A stretch of DNA of 64,000 nt from Alphaproteobacteria bacterium (GCA_965227515.1 CBDDFZ010000001.1:2784001-2848000); one strand, 5' to 3'; shown: positions 28,046 to 39,078, numbered from the stretch's first letter. Notes: generated from the letters alone by a model not told the origin. Numbers and translations are program-made.

Positions 28046-29124
28046 GGACCACCTCCGATGGATGCCGTCGGACCAACGGCCGGGGCCGCCGACGCGCTGG
28101 AAGACGATGACTTGCTGGATGACGACGGGCCGGCGGACGATGTCGACCGCCGTGGCGCAGGCTTGCTGCCGCCGCCCGACGGACCGCTGCCGCCGGAGCC
28201 GCCACCCCCGCCTAGCGCGTCCTTGGCCAGTTCGGCCACGCCGGCGATGGAGCCGATGACGCCCGATGCCTCGATCGGCATCATGATCACCTTCTCGTTC
28301 GGCGCGGAGGCGATGTCGCGCAGTGCCTCCACATAGCGCTGGGCGATGAAGTAGTTGATCGCCTGGACGTTGCCGCCGGAAATCGCTTCGGAGACCATCT
28401 GGGTCGCCTTCGCCTCGGCCTCGGCCTGCCTCTCGCGCGCCTCGGCGTCGCGGAACGCGGCCTCGCGCCGGCCCTCGGCCTGCAGGATGGCGGACTGCTT
28501 CTCGCCCTCGGCCCGCAGAATCTCTGACTGCCGCACACCCTCGGCCTCCAGGATCGAGGCGCGGCGGTCACGCTCGGCCTTCATCTGGCGCGCCATGCTG
28601 TCGACCAGGTCGCGCGGCGGGGTGATGTCCTTGATCTCGATGCGGGTGACCTTGATGCCCCACGGGTTGGTCGCCTCGTCGACCACGACCAGCAGCCGGC
28701 TGTTGATCTCGTCACGCTCGGACAATAGGATATCCAGGTCCATCGAGCCCATGACCGTTCGGATATTGGTCATGGTCAGGTTCAGGATCGCATTGGTCAG
28801 GTCGCGCACCTCGTAGGCGGCCTTCACCGAGTCCAGGATCTGGTAGAACACGACGCCATCGACCGTGATCATGGCGTTGTCCTTGGTGATGACCTCCTGG
28901 CTGGGCACGTCCAGCACCTGTTCCATCACGTTGATGCGCGCACCGACCCGGTCGATCACCGGAAAGAGGAAGTTGAGGCCTGGCCGGATCAGTCGCGTGT
29001 ATCGACCGAAACGCTCGACTGTGTATTCATAGCCTTGCGGAACCGACTTGACCCCGAGGAAGATTAGAACAATGGCCAGGATGACCAGAGCGATTAAGAA
29101 AACTCCGAAACCGCCGATTTCCAT
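28030..29124 (-). CDS. SPFH/band 7 protein (QmcA-like)
   Basis: VPSQEVITKDNA, QMKAERDRRA; Gly/Ser-rich C-terminal tail. Confidence 0.93.
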   Translation of the reverse strand: MEIGGFGVFLIALVILAIVLIFLGVKSVPQGYEYTVERFGRYTRLIRPGLNFLFPVIDRVGARINVMEQVLDVPSQEVITKDNAMITVDGVVFYQILDSVKAAYEVRDLTNAILNLTMTNIRTVMGSMDLDILLSERDEINSRLLVVVDEATNPWGIKVTRIEIKDITPPRDLVDSMARQMKAERDRRASILEAEGVRQSEILRAEGEKQSAILQAEGRREAAFRDAEARERQAEAEAKATQMVSEAISGGNVQAINYFIAQRYVEALRDIASAPNEKVIMMPIEASGVIGSIAGVAELAKDALGGGGGSGGSGPSGGGSKPAPRRSTSSAGPSSSSKSSSSSASAAPAVGPTASIGGGPWTSS

Positions 29125-29211
29125 TTCTCCTCCTGCGAGTGTTGCCACTCTCTCTTATGTTGTGATTCCGAGGACTGAACTCAATACTGCGTTGTGCGGA
29201 TTCTGTGCTGC

Positions 29212-29853
29212 TTAATCCAACAGGCCAAGGCGACGCAGCGCATCTGCAAGGGTTTCAGCGTCGTTGAAGTGCACGGTGTGAAAGCCCAGGTCGCGGGCTG
29301 CGAGGATGTTCTTTTCAGCATCGTCGATGAAGACGGCATCTTCGGGGCGAAATCCATAGCGGCTGGTCAGGATATCGTAAATCGCGCGGTCGGGCTTGAC
29401 CTCGCGCTCGACGCCGGAGACGACGATACCGTCGAAACGGTGCAGAAACGCGAACCGCGCCTGGGCGATGGGGAAGGTTTCGGCCGACCAGTTGGTCAGC
29501 CCATAGGTCGGAATGCCGGCCGCGCGCACACGGTTGAACACCGCCACCGTGTCGTCCAGCGCGCCGGCGATCATCTCTTCCCAGCGGTCGCGGTAGGTGC
29601 GGATGTGATCGGCCCAGTCCGGGTGCGCGTCGACCAGCTCGGCGACCACCTCGTCGAAGGTGCGCCCGGCGTCCAGGCTCAGGTTGCGCTCGTGGGTCCA
29701 GACCTCGGCAAGGAAGCGCTCGATCTCGGCCTCGTCGTCCATCACCTTGCGGTAGAGGTAGCGCGGGTTCCAGTCGATCAGCACGCCGCCCAGGTCGAAC
29801 ACGACGATGCTGGGGTTCGGCTTGGAAGCGCGATTGGGGTCAGGCGGGCTCAT
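29212..29853 (-). CDS. HAD family phosphatase
   Basis: [27 protein letters not shown]. Confidence 0.9.
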   Translation of the reverse strand: MSPPDPNRASKPNPSIVVFDLGGVLIDWNPRYLYRKVMDDEAEIERFLAEVWTHERNLSLDAGRTFDEVVAELVDAHPDWADHIRTYRDRWEEMIAGALDDTVAVFNRVRAAGIPTYGLTNWSAETFPIAQARFAFLHRFDGIVVSGVEREVKPDRAIYDILTSRYGFRPEDAVFIDDAEKNILAARDLGFHTVHFNDAETLADALRRLGLLD

Positions 29854-30629
29854 GGCATGAATTGTTCCTTGATGATCCGCTCCTGCAGGTTCTGGTCGGC
29901 ATCGAACAGCAGCGGAATCTCCACGGCCCGGTCCTCGGCAACCCGTACGGTGACGACGTTGCGCACCTCGGTGGAGTCGGCGACGGCGCTGACCGGACGC
30001 TTGGCGTGGTCGGCGATGCGGAATTCGATGGTGGCATTGGCCGGCAGCACGGCGCCACGCCAGCGGCGGGGCCGGAATGCGCTGATCGGGGTCAGCGCCA
30101 GAAGTTCTGCCCCCAGCGGCAGGATCGGGCCGTGGGCCGAGAGATTGTAGGCGGTGCTTCCCGCAGGTGTCGCCACCATCACGCCGTCGCAGATCAGCTC
30201 GTCCAGCCGCTCCACCCCATCGACACTGATCGAGATCTTGGCTGCCTGGCGGGTCTGACGCAGCAGCGACACCTCGTTGATCGCCAGCGCCTCGTGGACG
30301 CCGCCGTCGGCGGTTTCCGCGTGCATGCGCAGGGTGTGGAGCGTGACCAGTTCGGCATTGGCGATGCGGTCCGGCAGGTCGCCATTGCGGTAGTCGTTCA
30401 TCAGGAAGCCGACCGAGCCGCGGTTGATGCCGAACACCGGCTTGCCGCTGTGCAGGTGGCGGTGCAGCGTCTCCAGCATGAAACCGTCGCCGCCCACCGC
30501 GACGATGACGTCGGCGTCCGCCACCGGCACGGTCCGATAGTGCGCCAGCAGTTCGGCCATGGCCGATTGCGCCTCCGGCACGTCCGCGGCGACGATGGCG
30601 ATATCGGTGCGGGAATCGTCGTCAGACAT
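29850..30629 (-). CDS. NAD kinase
   Basis: GGDGFML, NEVSL, DG...[15 protein letters not shown]. Confidence 0.93.
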   Translation of the reverse strand: MSDDDSRTDIAIVAADVPEAQSAMAELLAHYRTVPVADADVIVAVGGDGFMLETLHRHLHSGKPVFGINRGSVGFLMNDYRNGDLPDRIANAELVTLHTLRMHAETADGGVHEALAINEVSLLRQTRQAAKISISVDGVERLDELICDGVMVATPAGSTAYNLSAHGPILPLGAELLALTPISAFRPRRWRGAVLPANATIEFRIADHAKRPVSAVADSTEVRNVVTVRVAEDRAVEIPLLFDADQNLQERIIKEQFMP

Positions 30630-30738
30630 GGAAGGGCGGCGGGTTGGCGGCGGCCGCGAGTGGCGGCGGCGCGGGCGACCGTCAGGTAGCACATCGCCGG
30701 GCCGGTGGCTATAATCCGCCGCAGCCGGAGGGACTGCC

Positions 30739-31251
30739 ATGATCCGAACCTTGCTCATCAAGCCGTTGCTTGCGGCGACGCTGCTGACAGGTGCCAGCCT
30801 GGGCCCTGTCGCCGCCGAAGACCGCCATGTCGGCTACTACTACCCCGAGCCGCAGGAGATCGAGGTCTACGAGCCGCGGGTGCTGGAACTGCCCGGCAAC
30901 GACCGGCTGCGCCGCATCGGCTTCGTCACCGGCATGATGACCGGGCTGATGAGCCAGCCCTATCCGCCCACTGTCTCGATCTTCGCCAAGGGCGCCGAGG
31001 CGGAGAAGCTGATCATCGTGGGGCTGGAGGACCATCGCTACAACTCGGCCTATCGCATGCGCGGCTTGCTGGCGATGATGACCGCGTTTGCGCGCAACAC
31101 GCCGGCGCTGCAACAGACCGGCTACGAGGAGTACCTGACGTTCTTCGACTTGTGCGGCATGCTGGGCTTTCAGCAGATCACCTTCACCGACGGCCAGGAC
31201 TTCGCCCACCAGATCCTGCTGCGGCCCGGCGGCGCGCAGGAGCCGGAGTAG
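30739..31251 (+). CDS. Conserved secreted hypothetical protein
   Basis: Signal peptide; [25 protein letters not shown]; GGAGG RBS. Confidence 0.75.
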   Translation: MIRTLLIKPLLAATLLTGASLGPVAAEDRHVGYYYPEPQEIEVYEPRVLELPGNDRLRRIGFVTGMMTGLMSQPYPPTVSIFAKGAEAEKLIIVGLEDHRYNSAYRMRGLLAMMTAFARNTPALQQTGYEEYLTFFDLCGMLGFQQITFTDGQDFAHQILLRPGGAQEPE

Positions 31252-31273
31252 GGGCGCGGCCGCGCCGGCACGG

Positions 31274-32125
31274 ATGCCCCAGGGTCGCCCCGACACCAGC
31301 GCCCTCGACCCCGTGCGCGATGCGCGCGAGATCGTGTTTGCGCTGGCGGCGTGGGATTTCCCCTGGGACATCGAGCGGTCGCTGGAGTTCGCGCTGTTCC
31401 GCACTTATGCGGTGCCCTCGATCTCCGCGCTGCTGGTCCACACCGGGGAGTTCGAGCAGCGCACCCGCAAGCGCTATGACGACACCGAGCTGATCCTGGC
31501 CGAGATCCAGCAGCACGGCGCCGACCACCCGCGTGGCGCCGCGGCCCTGGCGCGCATGAACGCCATGCACGGGCGCTTCCGCATCCCCAACGAAAACTTC
31601 TTGTACGTGCTGTCGACGTTCGTGTTCGAGCCGATGCGCTGGATCGAGCGCTTCGGCTGGCGCCAGCTCAGCGCGGCGGAGAAGGCGGCGATGTTCCACT
31701 ACTACCGCGACCTGGGCGCGCGGATGGGCATTCGCGATATCCCGACCGACCTGGCGGCGTTCGAGGCGTTCAACTGCGACTTCGAGGCAGCGCATTTCCG
31801 CCATGCCGCATCCAACGCGCGGATCGGGACCAAGACCTTGGACCTGCTGCTGGGCTTCTATCTGCCGCGCGCGCTGTTCGGCCTGGCACGGCCCGGCGCA
31901 TATGCGCTGATGGACCCGCCGCTGCGCGCTGCCATGGGCTTTCCCGACCCGCCGCGCTGGCTGTGCCGGGCGATGCCGGCCGCGTTGCGGTTGCGCGCAT
32001 GGGTACTGCGGCTGCTGCCGAAACGCCGCCGGCCGCATCTGCTCACCCGCGTGCGCCGCCCGACCTACCCGCGAGGCTACCGGATCGAGGACCTAGGCAC
32101 GTTCGCGGAGAAGGCACCGCGCTGA
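31274..32125 (+). CDS. Oxygenase MpaB/DUF2236 family protein
   Basis: ALFRTYAVPSIS, KRYDDT, RMNAMH, YVLSTF. Confidence 0.85.
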   Translation: MPQGRPDTSALDPVRDAREIVFALAAWDFPWDIERSLEFALFRTYAVPSISALLVHTGEFEQRTRKRYDDTELILAEIQQHGADHPRGAAALARMNAMHGRFRIPNENFLYVLSTFVFEPMRWIERFGWRQLSAAEKAAMFHYYRDLGARMGIRDIPTDLAAFEAFNCDFEAAHFRHAASNARIGTKTLDLLLGFYLPRALFGLARPGAYALMDPPLRAAMGFPDPPRWLCRAMPAALRLRAWVLRLLPKRRRPHLLTRVRRPTYPRGYRIEDLGTFAEKAPR

Positions 32126-32143
32126 GAGGCGCGGCACAGCTTG

Positions 32144-35100
32144 TCACGCGGCTGGCGCGGTCTTGCCGGCGTTGGCGACCACCGACGGCGCGTTCCTGGT
32201 CGGGATGCGGAACAGCAGCGTGTAGAGCGCCGGCACGAACGCCAGCGTGATCAGCGTCGCCACGATCAGGCCGAAGGCGATGACGCTGGCCATGCCGTAG
32301 AACAGGGCACCGCCGAACGCAATCAGCGGGATCAGGCCCAGAACCGTCGTCAGCGTGGTCATCAATATCGGGCGCAGGCGCGCCAGGCAGGCAACCGCCA
32401 CCGCGTCGAGCGGGTCGCGCCCGTCCTGGGATTCGGCCTGTATCCGGTCGATCAGCACGATCCCGTTGTTGATGATGATGCCGGCCAGGCTGAAGAAGCC
32501 CAGGATCACCATGAAGCCGAACGGCGCGTTCATGATCACGAGGCCAAGCACGCCGCCAATGGAGATCAGCGGGATGGTCGCGACGATGATGCCGCCCTTG
32601 CGGATCGAATTGAACTGGCCGACCAGGAGCACGATGATGCCGGCCAGCGCCAACGGCAGCAGGCCGAACAAGCGGCTGTTGGACTCGGCCTGGTCCTCGA
32701 TCTCGCCACCGATCTCGAAGCGGTGCCCGGCCGGCAGGTCCAGCGCCTGCAGGGCCGGTTCCAGTGCTTGCAGCAGTCCCGGCGCCCCGAGCGCGGGATT
32801 GCGCGCCTCCACCGTCAGCGTGCGTTGCTGGTTGAGCCGGATGATGCGCCCGGTGCGCCATTCCGGCGTCACGGTGGCGACCTGGCCCAGCGACACGAAG
32901 TCGTCCTTCGTCGACGAATAGATCTGAATTCGCTGCAGGCTGGACAAGGACAGCCGCATGCCGTCGTCGCCGCGCAACACGATGGGAATGACCTGGTCGC
33001 CCTCCCGGTAATCGCTGATCGGCGTGCCGGCGAAGAACGTGCTGAGCGCCATTGCCACGTCGGACGACGTGACGCCCGCGCGGCGCGCCCGCACCTGATC
33101 GACGTTGATGTTGAGCGCAAGGACCGCGTTTTCCCAGTCGTGCTTGATGCCGACGGTCTGCGGGATGTCGTGCAATGCGGCGACCAGGCGATCGGCGGCG
33201 TCCAGCAACACGTCGTCATCCGGCCCGATCAGGCGGAGCTGGAGCAGGCCGGGCTCGGTCGACCCGAACCACATCTGCTTGGCGTCGGCCCGCGCGGCCG
33301 GGATGTTGGCATCCAGGAACGCATTGATCCGCGCCATCATCGGCCGGACATCGTCGACCGAGTGGGTGTTGACCAGCACGAAGCCGCGATGCGGATCGGG
33401 GTCGACCGGCGACAGCGCGAGGAAGAAGCGCGGGCCGCCGAAGCCGACATAGGCGATGGTGCTGGCGACTTCCGGATTCTCCTCGGTGTCGGACAACCAC
33501 GCCGTCAGCTTGCGCAACTGGGTCTCGGTCTCGCGCGCATCCGTGCCGGCCTCGAGGTCCATGTAGACCAGCAACTGGTTGCGGTCGCCCAGCGGAAAGA
33601 ACTCCACCTTCAACAGCCCGAACAGTTGCACGGACCCGACCATCAGCAGGACCAGGGCCGCGATCCCGATCAGCCGGAAGCGCAGGAACAGCCCCAGAAC
33701 CCGGCAATAGAACCTGTAGACGATGCCGTTGTAGGCCGGCTCGATTTCCTTGCCGGCCGCGCCGGTGGCCTTTGGCACCTTCATGAAGGTCGCGCACATG
33801 AATGGCGTGACGGTCATGGAGAGCAGCCACGACCCCAGCAGCAGGATCATCACCACCTGCGCCAGCGACATGACGTACTCGCCGGCGCCGCCCTCCAGCA
33901 GCAGCATCGGCAGGAACGCGAATATCGTTGTCAGCGACGACGTCAACAACGGCAGCGCAAGCGTGCCGCCCGACTGTGCCGCCGCCTTCCGGCGTTCGAT
34001 GCCGCGCTCCAGGCGGGAGCGAATGTCCTCCGCCACGACGATGCCGTTGTCGACCAGAAGGCCGAGCGCGATGATGGTGCCGGCGATCGACATGCGCTGC
34101 AGCTCGACCCCATAGAGCCGCATGACGATGATGCCCAGCAGCATGGTCAGCGGCACGAAGCAGCCGACGATCAGGCCGGTGCGGATGCCCAGGAAGACCA
34201 GCACCACCGCAAGCACGATGGCGAGCGTCTGGTAGACATTGGACACCGCGCTGTCGACGGCCTGGGCAATCAGCGTCGGCTGGAAGGTCGCATAGTCCAG
34301 CACATAGCCGATGGGCAGTTCCTGCTGGATGTCGCCCAGCAGTGCCGACAGGCGCGTACCGAACTCGACATTGTTGACGCCCTCTACGGTCGAAACCGCC
34401 AGGACGACCGCCGGCCGGTCGTTGTAGAAGGCCGGGAACTGCGGTGGGTCGATGTTGCTGCGCTCAACCGTCACCAGATCGCCCAGCCGATAGACCTGGC
34501 CCGTGCCCGGTATCTCGAACACGACATTGGCGATGTCTTCGACCGCGCCCAGGTCGCCTGACGGCTCCAGCACGATGGTCCGGCTGTCGGCGACGATCTG
34601 GCCACCCGGCTCGATGATGTTCTGGTTCGCCAGCGCGCTGAAGATCTGTTGCGGCGCGACGCCGAATTCCGCCAGCCGCGCGGGCGTGGTTTCCAGATAG
34701 ATGCGCTCGGGCTGCACGCCCATTACGTCCACGCGCCTGATGCCGTCCAGCGTGTAGATCCGCTCGCGGATGCGGGTGGCGACGTCGCGCATTTCCGCCA
34801 GCGAGAACCCGTCGGCCCACAGCGCCACGGTGGCCACCGCGGTTAGCCCCTCGTCATCCTCGATGGTCGGGGTGCTGGTGCCTTCGGGCAGGTTGGGGGT
34901 GACGTCGGCCACCTTGTTGCGGATGTCCTGGAACACCGGTTCCAGATCGGTGACCCAGTCGTAGAGCGTGACGCTGATCTTGGTCGCCCCGGTCTTGGAC
35001 GTCGATTCGATGTCCTCGATCTCGGCGATTTCGCGCAGCGCCGTTTCCAGCGGCTTGGTGATCAGTTCCTCGACGCGCTCGGGCGACATGCCGGGGAACG

Positions 35101-35248
35101 ACGCCTGCACGCTGGCACTTCTGATCTGGATCGTCGGGTCTTCGGCGCTCGGGTAGGACAGATACGTCTGAATGCCAATGAAAGCTATAATAATTATGCC
35201 GATGATTGTAATGCGTGAATTATTGATCGCCAGTTGTGCCAGATTCAT
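32144..35248 (-). CDS. RND efflux transporter permease
   Basis: 1034 aa; ALGLLVDNGIVV, RLRPILMTTLTT. Confidence 0.95.
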   Translation of the reverse strand: MNLAQLAINNSRITIIGIIIIAFIGIQTYLSYPSAEDPTIQIRSASVQASFPGMSPERVEELITKPLETALREIAEIEDIESTSKTGATKISVTLYDWVTDLEPVFQDIRNKVADVTPNLPEGTSTPTIEDDEGLTAVATVALWADGFSLAEMRDVATRIRERIYTLDGIRRVDVMGVQPERIYLETTPARLAEFGVAPQQIFSALANQNIIEPGGQIVADSRTIVLEPSGDLGAVEDIANVVFEIPGTGQVYRLGDLVTVERSNIDPPQFPAFYNDRPAVVLAVSTVEGVNNVEFGTRLSALLGDIQQELPIGYVLDYATFQPTLIAQAVDSAVSNVYQTLAIVLAVVLVFLGIRTGLIVGCFVPLTMLLGIIVMRLYGVELQRMSIAGTIIALGLLVDNGIVVAEDIRSRLERGIERRKAAAQSGGTLALPLLTSSLTTIFAFLPMLLLEGGAGEYVMSLAQVVMILLLGSWLLSMTVTPFMCATFMKVPKATGAAGKEIEPAYNGIVYRFYCRVLGLFLRFRLIGIAALVLLMVGSVQLFGLLKVEFFPLGDRNQLLVYMDLEAGTDARETETQLRKLTAWLSDTEENPEVASTIAYVGFGGPRFFLALSPVDPDPHRGFVLVNTHSVDDVRPMMARINAFLDANIPAARADAKQMWFGSTEPGLLQLRLIGPDDDVLLDAADRLVAALHDIPQTVGIKHDWENAVLALNINVDQVRARRAGVTSSDVAMALSTFFAGTPISDYREGDQVIPIVLRGDDGMRLSLSSLQRIQIYSSTKDDFVSLGQVATVTPEWRTGRIIRLNQQRTLTVEARNPALGAPGLLQALEPALQALDLPAGHRFEIGGEIEDQAESNSRLFGLLPLALAGIIVLLVGQFNSIRKGGIIVATIPLISIGGVLGLVIMNAPFGFMVILGFFSLAGIIINNGIVLIDRIQAESQDGRDPLDAVAVACLARLRPILMTTLTTVLGLIPLIAFGGALFYGMASVIAFGLIVATLITLAFVPALYTLLFRIPTRNAPSVVANAGKTAPAA

Positions 35249-35287
35249 GCTGGTATTTCCGCTATTATAATTCTATTATTCTAGCAT

Positions 35288-36385
35288 CTATTCTTGCAAC
35301 AAGCTGACCTGCTGGCCATCGCGCAGGAAACTGACACCGGCGGCGGCGATGATGTCGCCCGCGGACAGGCCCTCGGCAACGGTGATCATGTTGCCGGAGA
35401 CACCGCCGCCGCTGCGGATGGGCGTCCGCCGGACCACCCCGGCGGCGGCATCGAACTTAAATACATAGCCCTCGGCGGCATCGTCGCCGGGCGCGATCGC
35501 GACCAACGGGGCAAGGTATCCCTGCGGGGCATCGGCATCGGCCAGCACGATGCTGACGTCCACCGCCATGCCGGGCAGCAGACCCTCGGGCCGGCTCAGG
35601 ACCGACGCCACAACGGGCACGGCATTGGCGGTCGCGGCCGACGTGCCGACCTCCGAGATGTGGCCGACGCAGCCGCAATCGGGCAGTACCGACGCGTCGA
35701 TGGCAACCGGCGTTCCGGCCGCGATCCGCGAGACGACGGCGTCCGGCACGCTCAACTCCACCTCGTATGCGTCTTCCGCATTGATCTCGAAGACGGTCTG
35801 CCCCTGCCCAACCTCCAGGAACGGCTCGATGTTCCGCACCGAGATGACACCGTCGAACGGTGCCACCAGAACCGCATCGCTCAGGCTGTTCTCGGCGCTG
35901 GCCAGTCGGGACCGCGCCAGGTCCAGTTGGCTGCGGGCCGACTCATAGACGGTCAGCGCCTGCTGGTAGGCGGCCTGCGCAACCCAGCCGCGTTCATAGA
36001 GCTCGCGTTGACGGGTCAGCTCCGCGCCCTGCCGATTGAACTCGGCCTGGGCCGCCGCCAGCTCGGCCTCGGCGGCCTCGACACTGTATTCGAGTTGTTG
36101 CGGGTCGAGCGTCGCCAGGGTCTGGCCCTGCACGACACGGTCGCCCTGGTTGACGTCCACCGACAATACCGTGCCGCCGGTGGCAAAACTCAGCGACGAG
36201 TTGACCGCCGCGACGACCACCCCGGAATAGTTGCGCACATCGCCGCCCGCAGGCTCCACGACGTAGTAGGGCTTGATCGCCCGGATCCGTTCGGCCTGTT
36301 CCGGTGGCTCCTCATCGCAGCCGACAAGCAGGAGTGCCGCCAGGGCCGTTAGGAGACCCCAAGCCTTCAGCCGTCTGGACTCCAT
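35288..36385 (-). CDS. RND efflux periplasmic adaptor (MFP)
   Basis: Lipobox LVGC; lipoyl-like halves GDRVVQGQ and APFDGVI. Confidence 0.92.
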   Translation of the reverse strand: MESRRLKAWGLLTALAALLLVGCDEEPPEQAERIRAIKPYYVVEPAGGDVRNYSGVVVAAVNSSLSFATGGTVLSVDVNQGDRVVQGQTLATLDPQQLEYSVEAAEAELAAAQAEFNRQGAELTRQRELYERGWVAQAAYQQALTVYESARSQLDLARSRLASAENSLSDAVLVAPFDGVISVRNIEPFLEVGQGQTVFEINAEDAYEVELSVPDAVVSRIAAGTPVAIDASVLPDCGCVGHISEVGTSAATANAVPVVASVLSRPEGLLPGMAVDVSIVLADADAPQGYLAPLVAIAPGDDAAEGYVFKFDAAAGVVRRTPIRSGGGVSGNMITVAEGLSAGDIIAAAGVSFLRDGQQVSLLQE

Positions 36386-36792
36386 CGAGCGAGCTTCCGT
36401 CTGTGTGTGGTCTAGCGCTGGCTATAACACGCCGCCGGTCATGCCGCAGCCGCCAATCATTCAATGTCGTTGAACTTCCGAAGACCGCAATGCTGGTGCA
36501 ACTCATGGTTGGCGCCCCGGTCGCCTCCGGCACCATCCTGGCAGCCGCTTTGCTGACGCGCCGTGGCGCGAGGCTGTCGCATTGGCGGGTCGGGGCGAAG
36601 ACCGCTGTCCTGCCGGTCGCGGTCTATCTGTGGGTGATGCGCTCTTCAGTCTTTGCACATGGATCCGGGCACTGGTGTTCCGGCGAACCCGGACGTGACC
36701 AAACGGTCAGCGCACCCGGCACTCCCGGATCGCGTTTCATGCGGTCGGTTGCGAGGCGGGAACGGGAGCCCGCGCCGCCAACGGCGCCGTCG

Positions 36793-37356
36793 TCAGAATA
36801 CCAGCGTCATCCGGTCGATGTTGTCTCGAAGCCGCAGGAACTCAAGATCGGCGGCAAAGTCGTATGGCTCCCGTGGACTGAGCGCTTCTGCTTCTCGAAG
36901 GGCCTGTTCCTGCAATCGAATTTCCGCGATCCGGGTGGCGTTTGCCGCCTTCCTCTCGTCGCGCGTGATCGCCCCCTCGGCGATCTGGGCGGTCATCGCC
37001 CGGTCCGCATCAAGCAGCTCGTCCAACGCTTCCGGCTGCCGCATGGCCGGCCGAGCGATCCGATTGACCGCATCGTAGGCGCACTCGCGCCATGCCAGTT
37101 CTCCCTCTCCAAGCTCATTGGCGGGCAGGGCGTCGCCACTCACCTGATCGTACCCGTGCTGCTCGGTGCACATGGCGAACGCGGCATCCAACGACTGACT
37201 GACCTGCGCTGCCGCTGCGTTCGATGCCGCCAGGCTGTTGCCGCTGGACTGGCATCCCACCAGAAGCGCCAGCAAAGAGGCGGTGAGTGCGCCCACTGCG
37301 GTGAGTGCGGGCCGGCCATTCGACGTGTCTTGCCTGTCTCGTGTCGCCCTGTTCAT
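36793..37356 (-). CDS. Hypothetical lipoprotein
   Basis: Lipobox LVGC; helical body with a Cys pair; start uncertain. Confidence 0.6.
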   Translation of the reverse strand: MNRATRDRQDTSNGRPALTAVGALTASLLALLVGCQSSGNSLAASNAAAAQVSQSLDAAFAMCTEQHGYDQVSGDALPANELGEGELAWRECAYDAVNRIARPAMRQPEALDELLDADRAMTAQIAEGAITRDERKAANATRIAEIRLQEQALREAEALSPREPYDFAADLEFLRLRDNIDRMTLVF

Positions 37357-37587
37357 CCGACATCTCCCAAAGGTTGGTGAGCGGCGGCGATGGTCACACC
37401 GCGCACGCCGAAAGACAACCTGGGATGTGTGTTTGGTCGAGCAGGCTGTTGAACTTCGGGTGACCGCACTGTCTGCCGGCCGGCCGGTCGCTGGCCGCGA
37501 CTGGTCAAATGATCCGGACCGGCGTACTACCGGTTGTCATTACGGCATGTCTTGCCATCTCGTGGCGCCAATACGGGTGTGTGATCC

Positions 37588-39060
37588 ATGACGACCAGAC
37601 GCACAATTCTTGCGAGCCCAATCCTTGTTCCCGTCTTTGCCGCTCTTGCGTGGAGCGTCACCCTTGTCTCGGGCGATGCGGGCGCCCGGGCTGATACGTT
37701 CGAGTCCGCCGACGCGAAGGCCGAGCTGCGAGAGTACGACATCTTTGTCGACCCGATCCCTGGCGAGCCTGAGCAACTCTCCATGGTGGTCAGGGGATCT
37801 CGCTGGGAAGACGTGGAGCCCGAATTCCTGCGGGAGCAGGTCGCGCGCCTGGACGGGGCGGTGGTGGCGCTCGGCTTCAGAAACGCCGACGAGATCACCG
37901 ACATCAGCGCCGTTGCGAGCCTGACCGACTTGCGCGCGCTGGAGATCGCCGATGCCCCGGAAATCAGCGACATCAGCGCACTCGCCGAGCTGAAGAATCT
38001 GGAGGAGCTCACGCTCTACAAAACTAGCGGCATTACCGATATTGGCGCCTTGGCCGGCCTGACCGGGCTGCGCGAGCTCAATATCTTCAATGTCGTGGGG
38101 CTCAGCGATATCAGTGCGGTCGCCGGACTGACCAATCTGCAGCGGCTCAGCCTTAGCAGTGTCGATGGCATCAGCGATATCGGTGCCATTGCGGGACTGA
38201 AGGGCTTGCAATTCCTCAGCCTTTCGGATGCCGACAGTATTGAAGACATCAGCGTTCTAGCCGGCCTGACCAACCTGCAAGTGCTTGATCTCGCCCATGC
38301 CGACGGGATTTCCGACATCAGCGCCGTTGCGGGCCTGATCAATCTGCAAACGCTGAGCCTTCTCAATGTCAATGGGATCAGCGACATCGGCGCGATTGCG
38401 GGCCTCACCCAGCTGCAAATACTCGACCTTGCTGGTGCCCATGGCATTAGCGATCTTGGCCCGGTCGCGGGCCTGACGAGCCTGGAGGAGCTCAGTCTCA
38501 GTGGAGCTCGCGGGATTGTGGATATCGGTCCAATTGCGGGCCTGACCAATCTACGGGAGCTGAACCTCAGCTTTGCCGATGGCATCACCGACATCGGTCC
38601 AGTCGCGGGTCTGACAAATCTGCTGAGCCTGTCCCTCACCGGTGCCGACGGGGTGACCGATATCGGTGCCGTTGCGGGCCTGACCAACCTGCGATCGCTG
38701 CAACTATACGGCGCCGAAGGGGTCACCGATATCAGTGCCGTTGCTGGTCTCACCAACCTGGAGAACGCCTCCTTCGGTGCCATCCCGGGCTTGACGGACA
38801 TCAGCGCCGTGGCGGGCCTGACCAATCTGCGGTCGCTCCACCTCAACTTTGCCACCGGGCTCACCGATCTCAGCCCGGTAGCGGGCCTGATCAACCTGGA
38901 GAGGATCGACCTCAACGAGGTCGATGGGGTCACCGATATCAGCATGCTGGCGGGCCTGCCGAACCTGCGCGAACTCTTCCTCCGGGACTCCGACGGGATT
39001 TCCGACGAGGACATCGAAGACCTGAAACTGGCCAACCCGGACCTGAGGATCGTGCGCTAG
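37588..39060 (+). CDS. Leucine-rich repeat protein, 16 x 23-aa repeats, Tat-like signal
   Basis: MTTRRTIL; repeats ITDISAVAGLTNLxxLxLxxAxG from 37894 to 38997; C-cap EDLKLANPDLRI. Confidence 0.9.
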   Translation: MTTRRTILASPILVPVFAALAWSVTLVSGDAGARADTFESADAKAELREYDIFVDPIPGEPEQLSMVVRGSRWEDVEPEFLREQVARLDGAVVALGFRNADEITDISAVASLTDLRALEIADAPEISDISALAELKNLEELTLYKTSGITDIGALAGLTGLRELNIFNVVGLSDISAVAGLTNLQRLSLSSVDGISDIGAIAGLKGLQFLSLSDADSIEDISVLAGLTNLQVLDLAHADGISDISAVAGLINLQTLSLLNVNGISDIGAIAGLTQLQILDLAGAHGISDLGPVAGLTSLEELSLSGARGIVDIGPIAGLTNLRELNLSFADGITDIGPVAGLTNLLSLSLTGADGVTDIGAVAGLTNLRSLQLYGAEGVTDISAVAGLTNLENASFGAIPGLTDISAVAGLTNLRSLHLNFATGLTDLSPVAGLINLERIDLNEVDGVTDISMLAGLPNLRELFLRDSDGISDEDIEDLKLANPDLRIVR

Positions 39061-39078
39061 TCGCAGCGCAAAACGCCA

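Noticed and set aside
32141-34561. Long antisense ORFs (806 aa here; also 51720-53867, 22836-24533, 9790-11325, 48185-49621)
   Set aside because: Shadows of real genes in high-GC DNA; no recognisable motifs.
36491-36660. Possible remnant of a small membrane or ion-channel gene (MLVQLMVG...)
   Set aside because: Only vague hydrophobic similarity; cannot be supported without a search.
37894-38997. Diversity-generating retroelement acting on the LRR or lipoprotein genes
   Set aside because: No reverse transcriptase and no template/variable repeat pair differing only at adenines.
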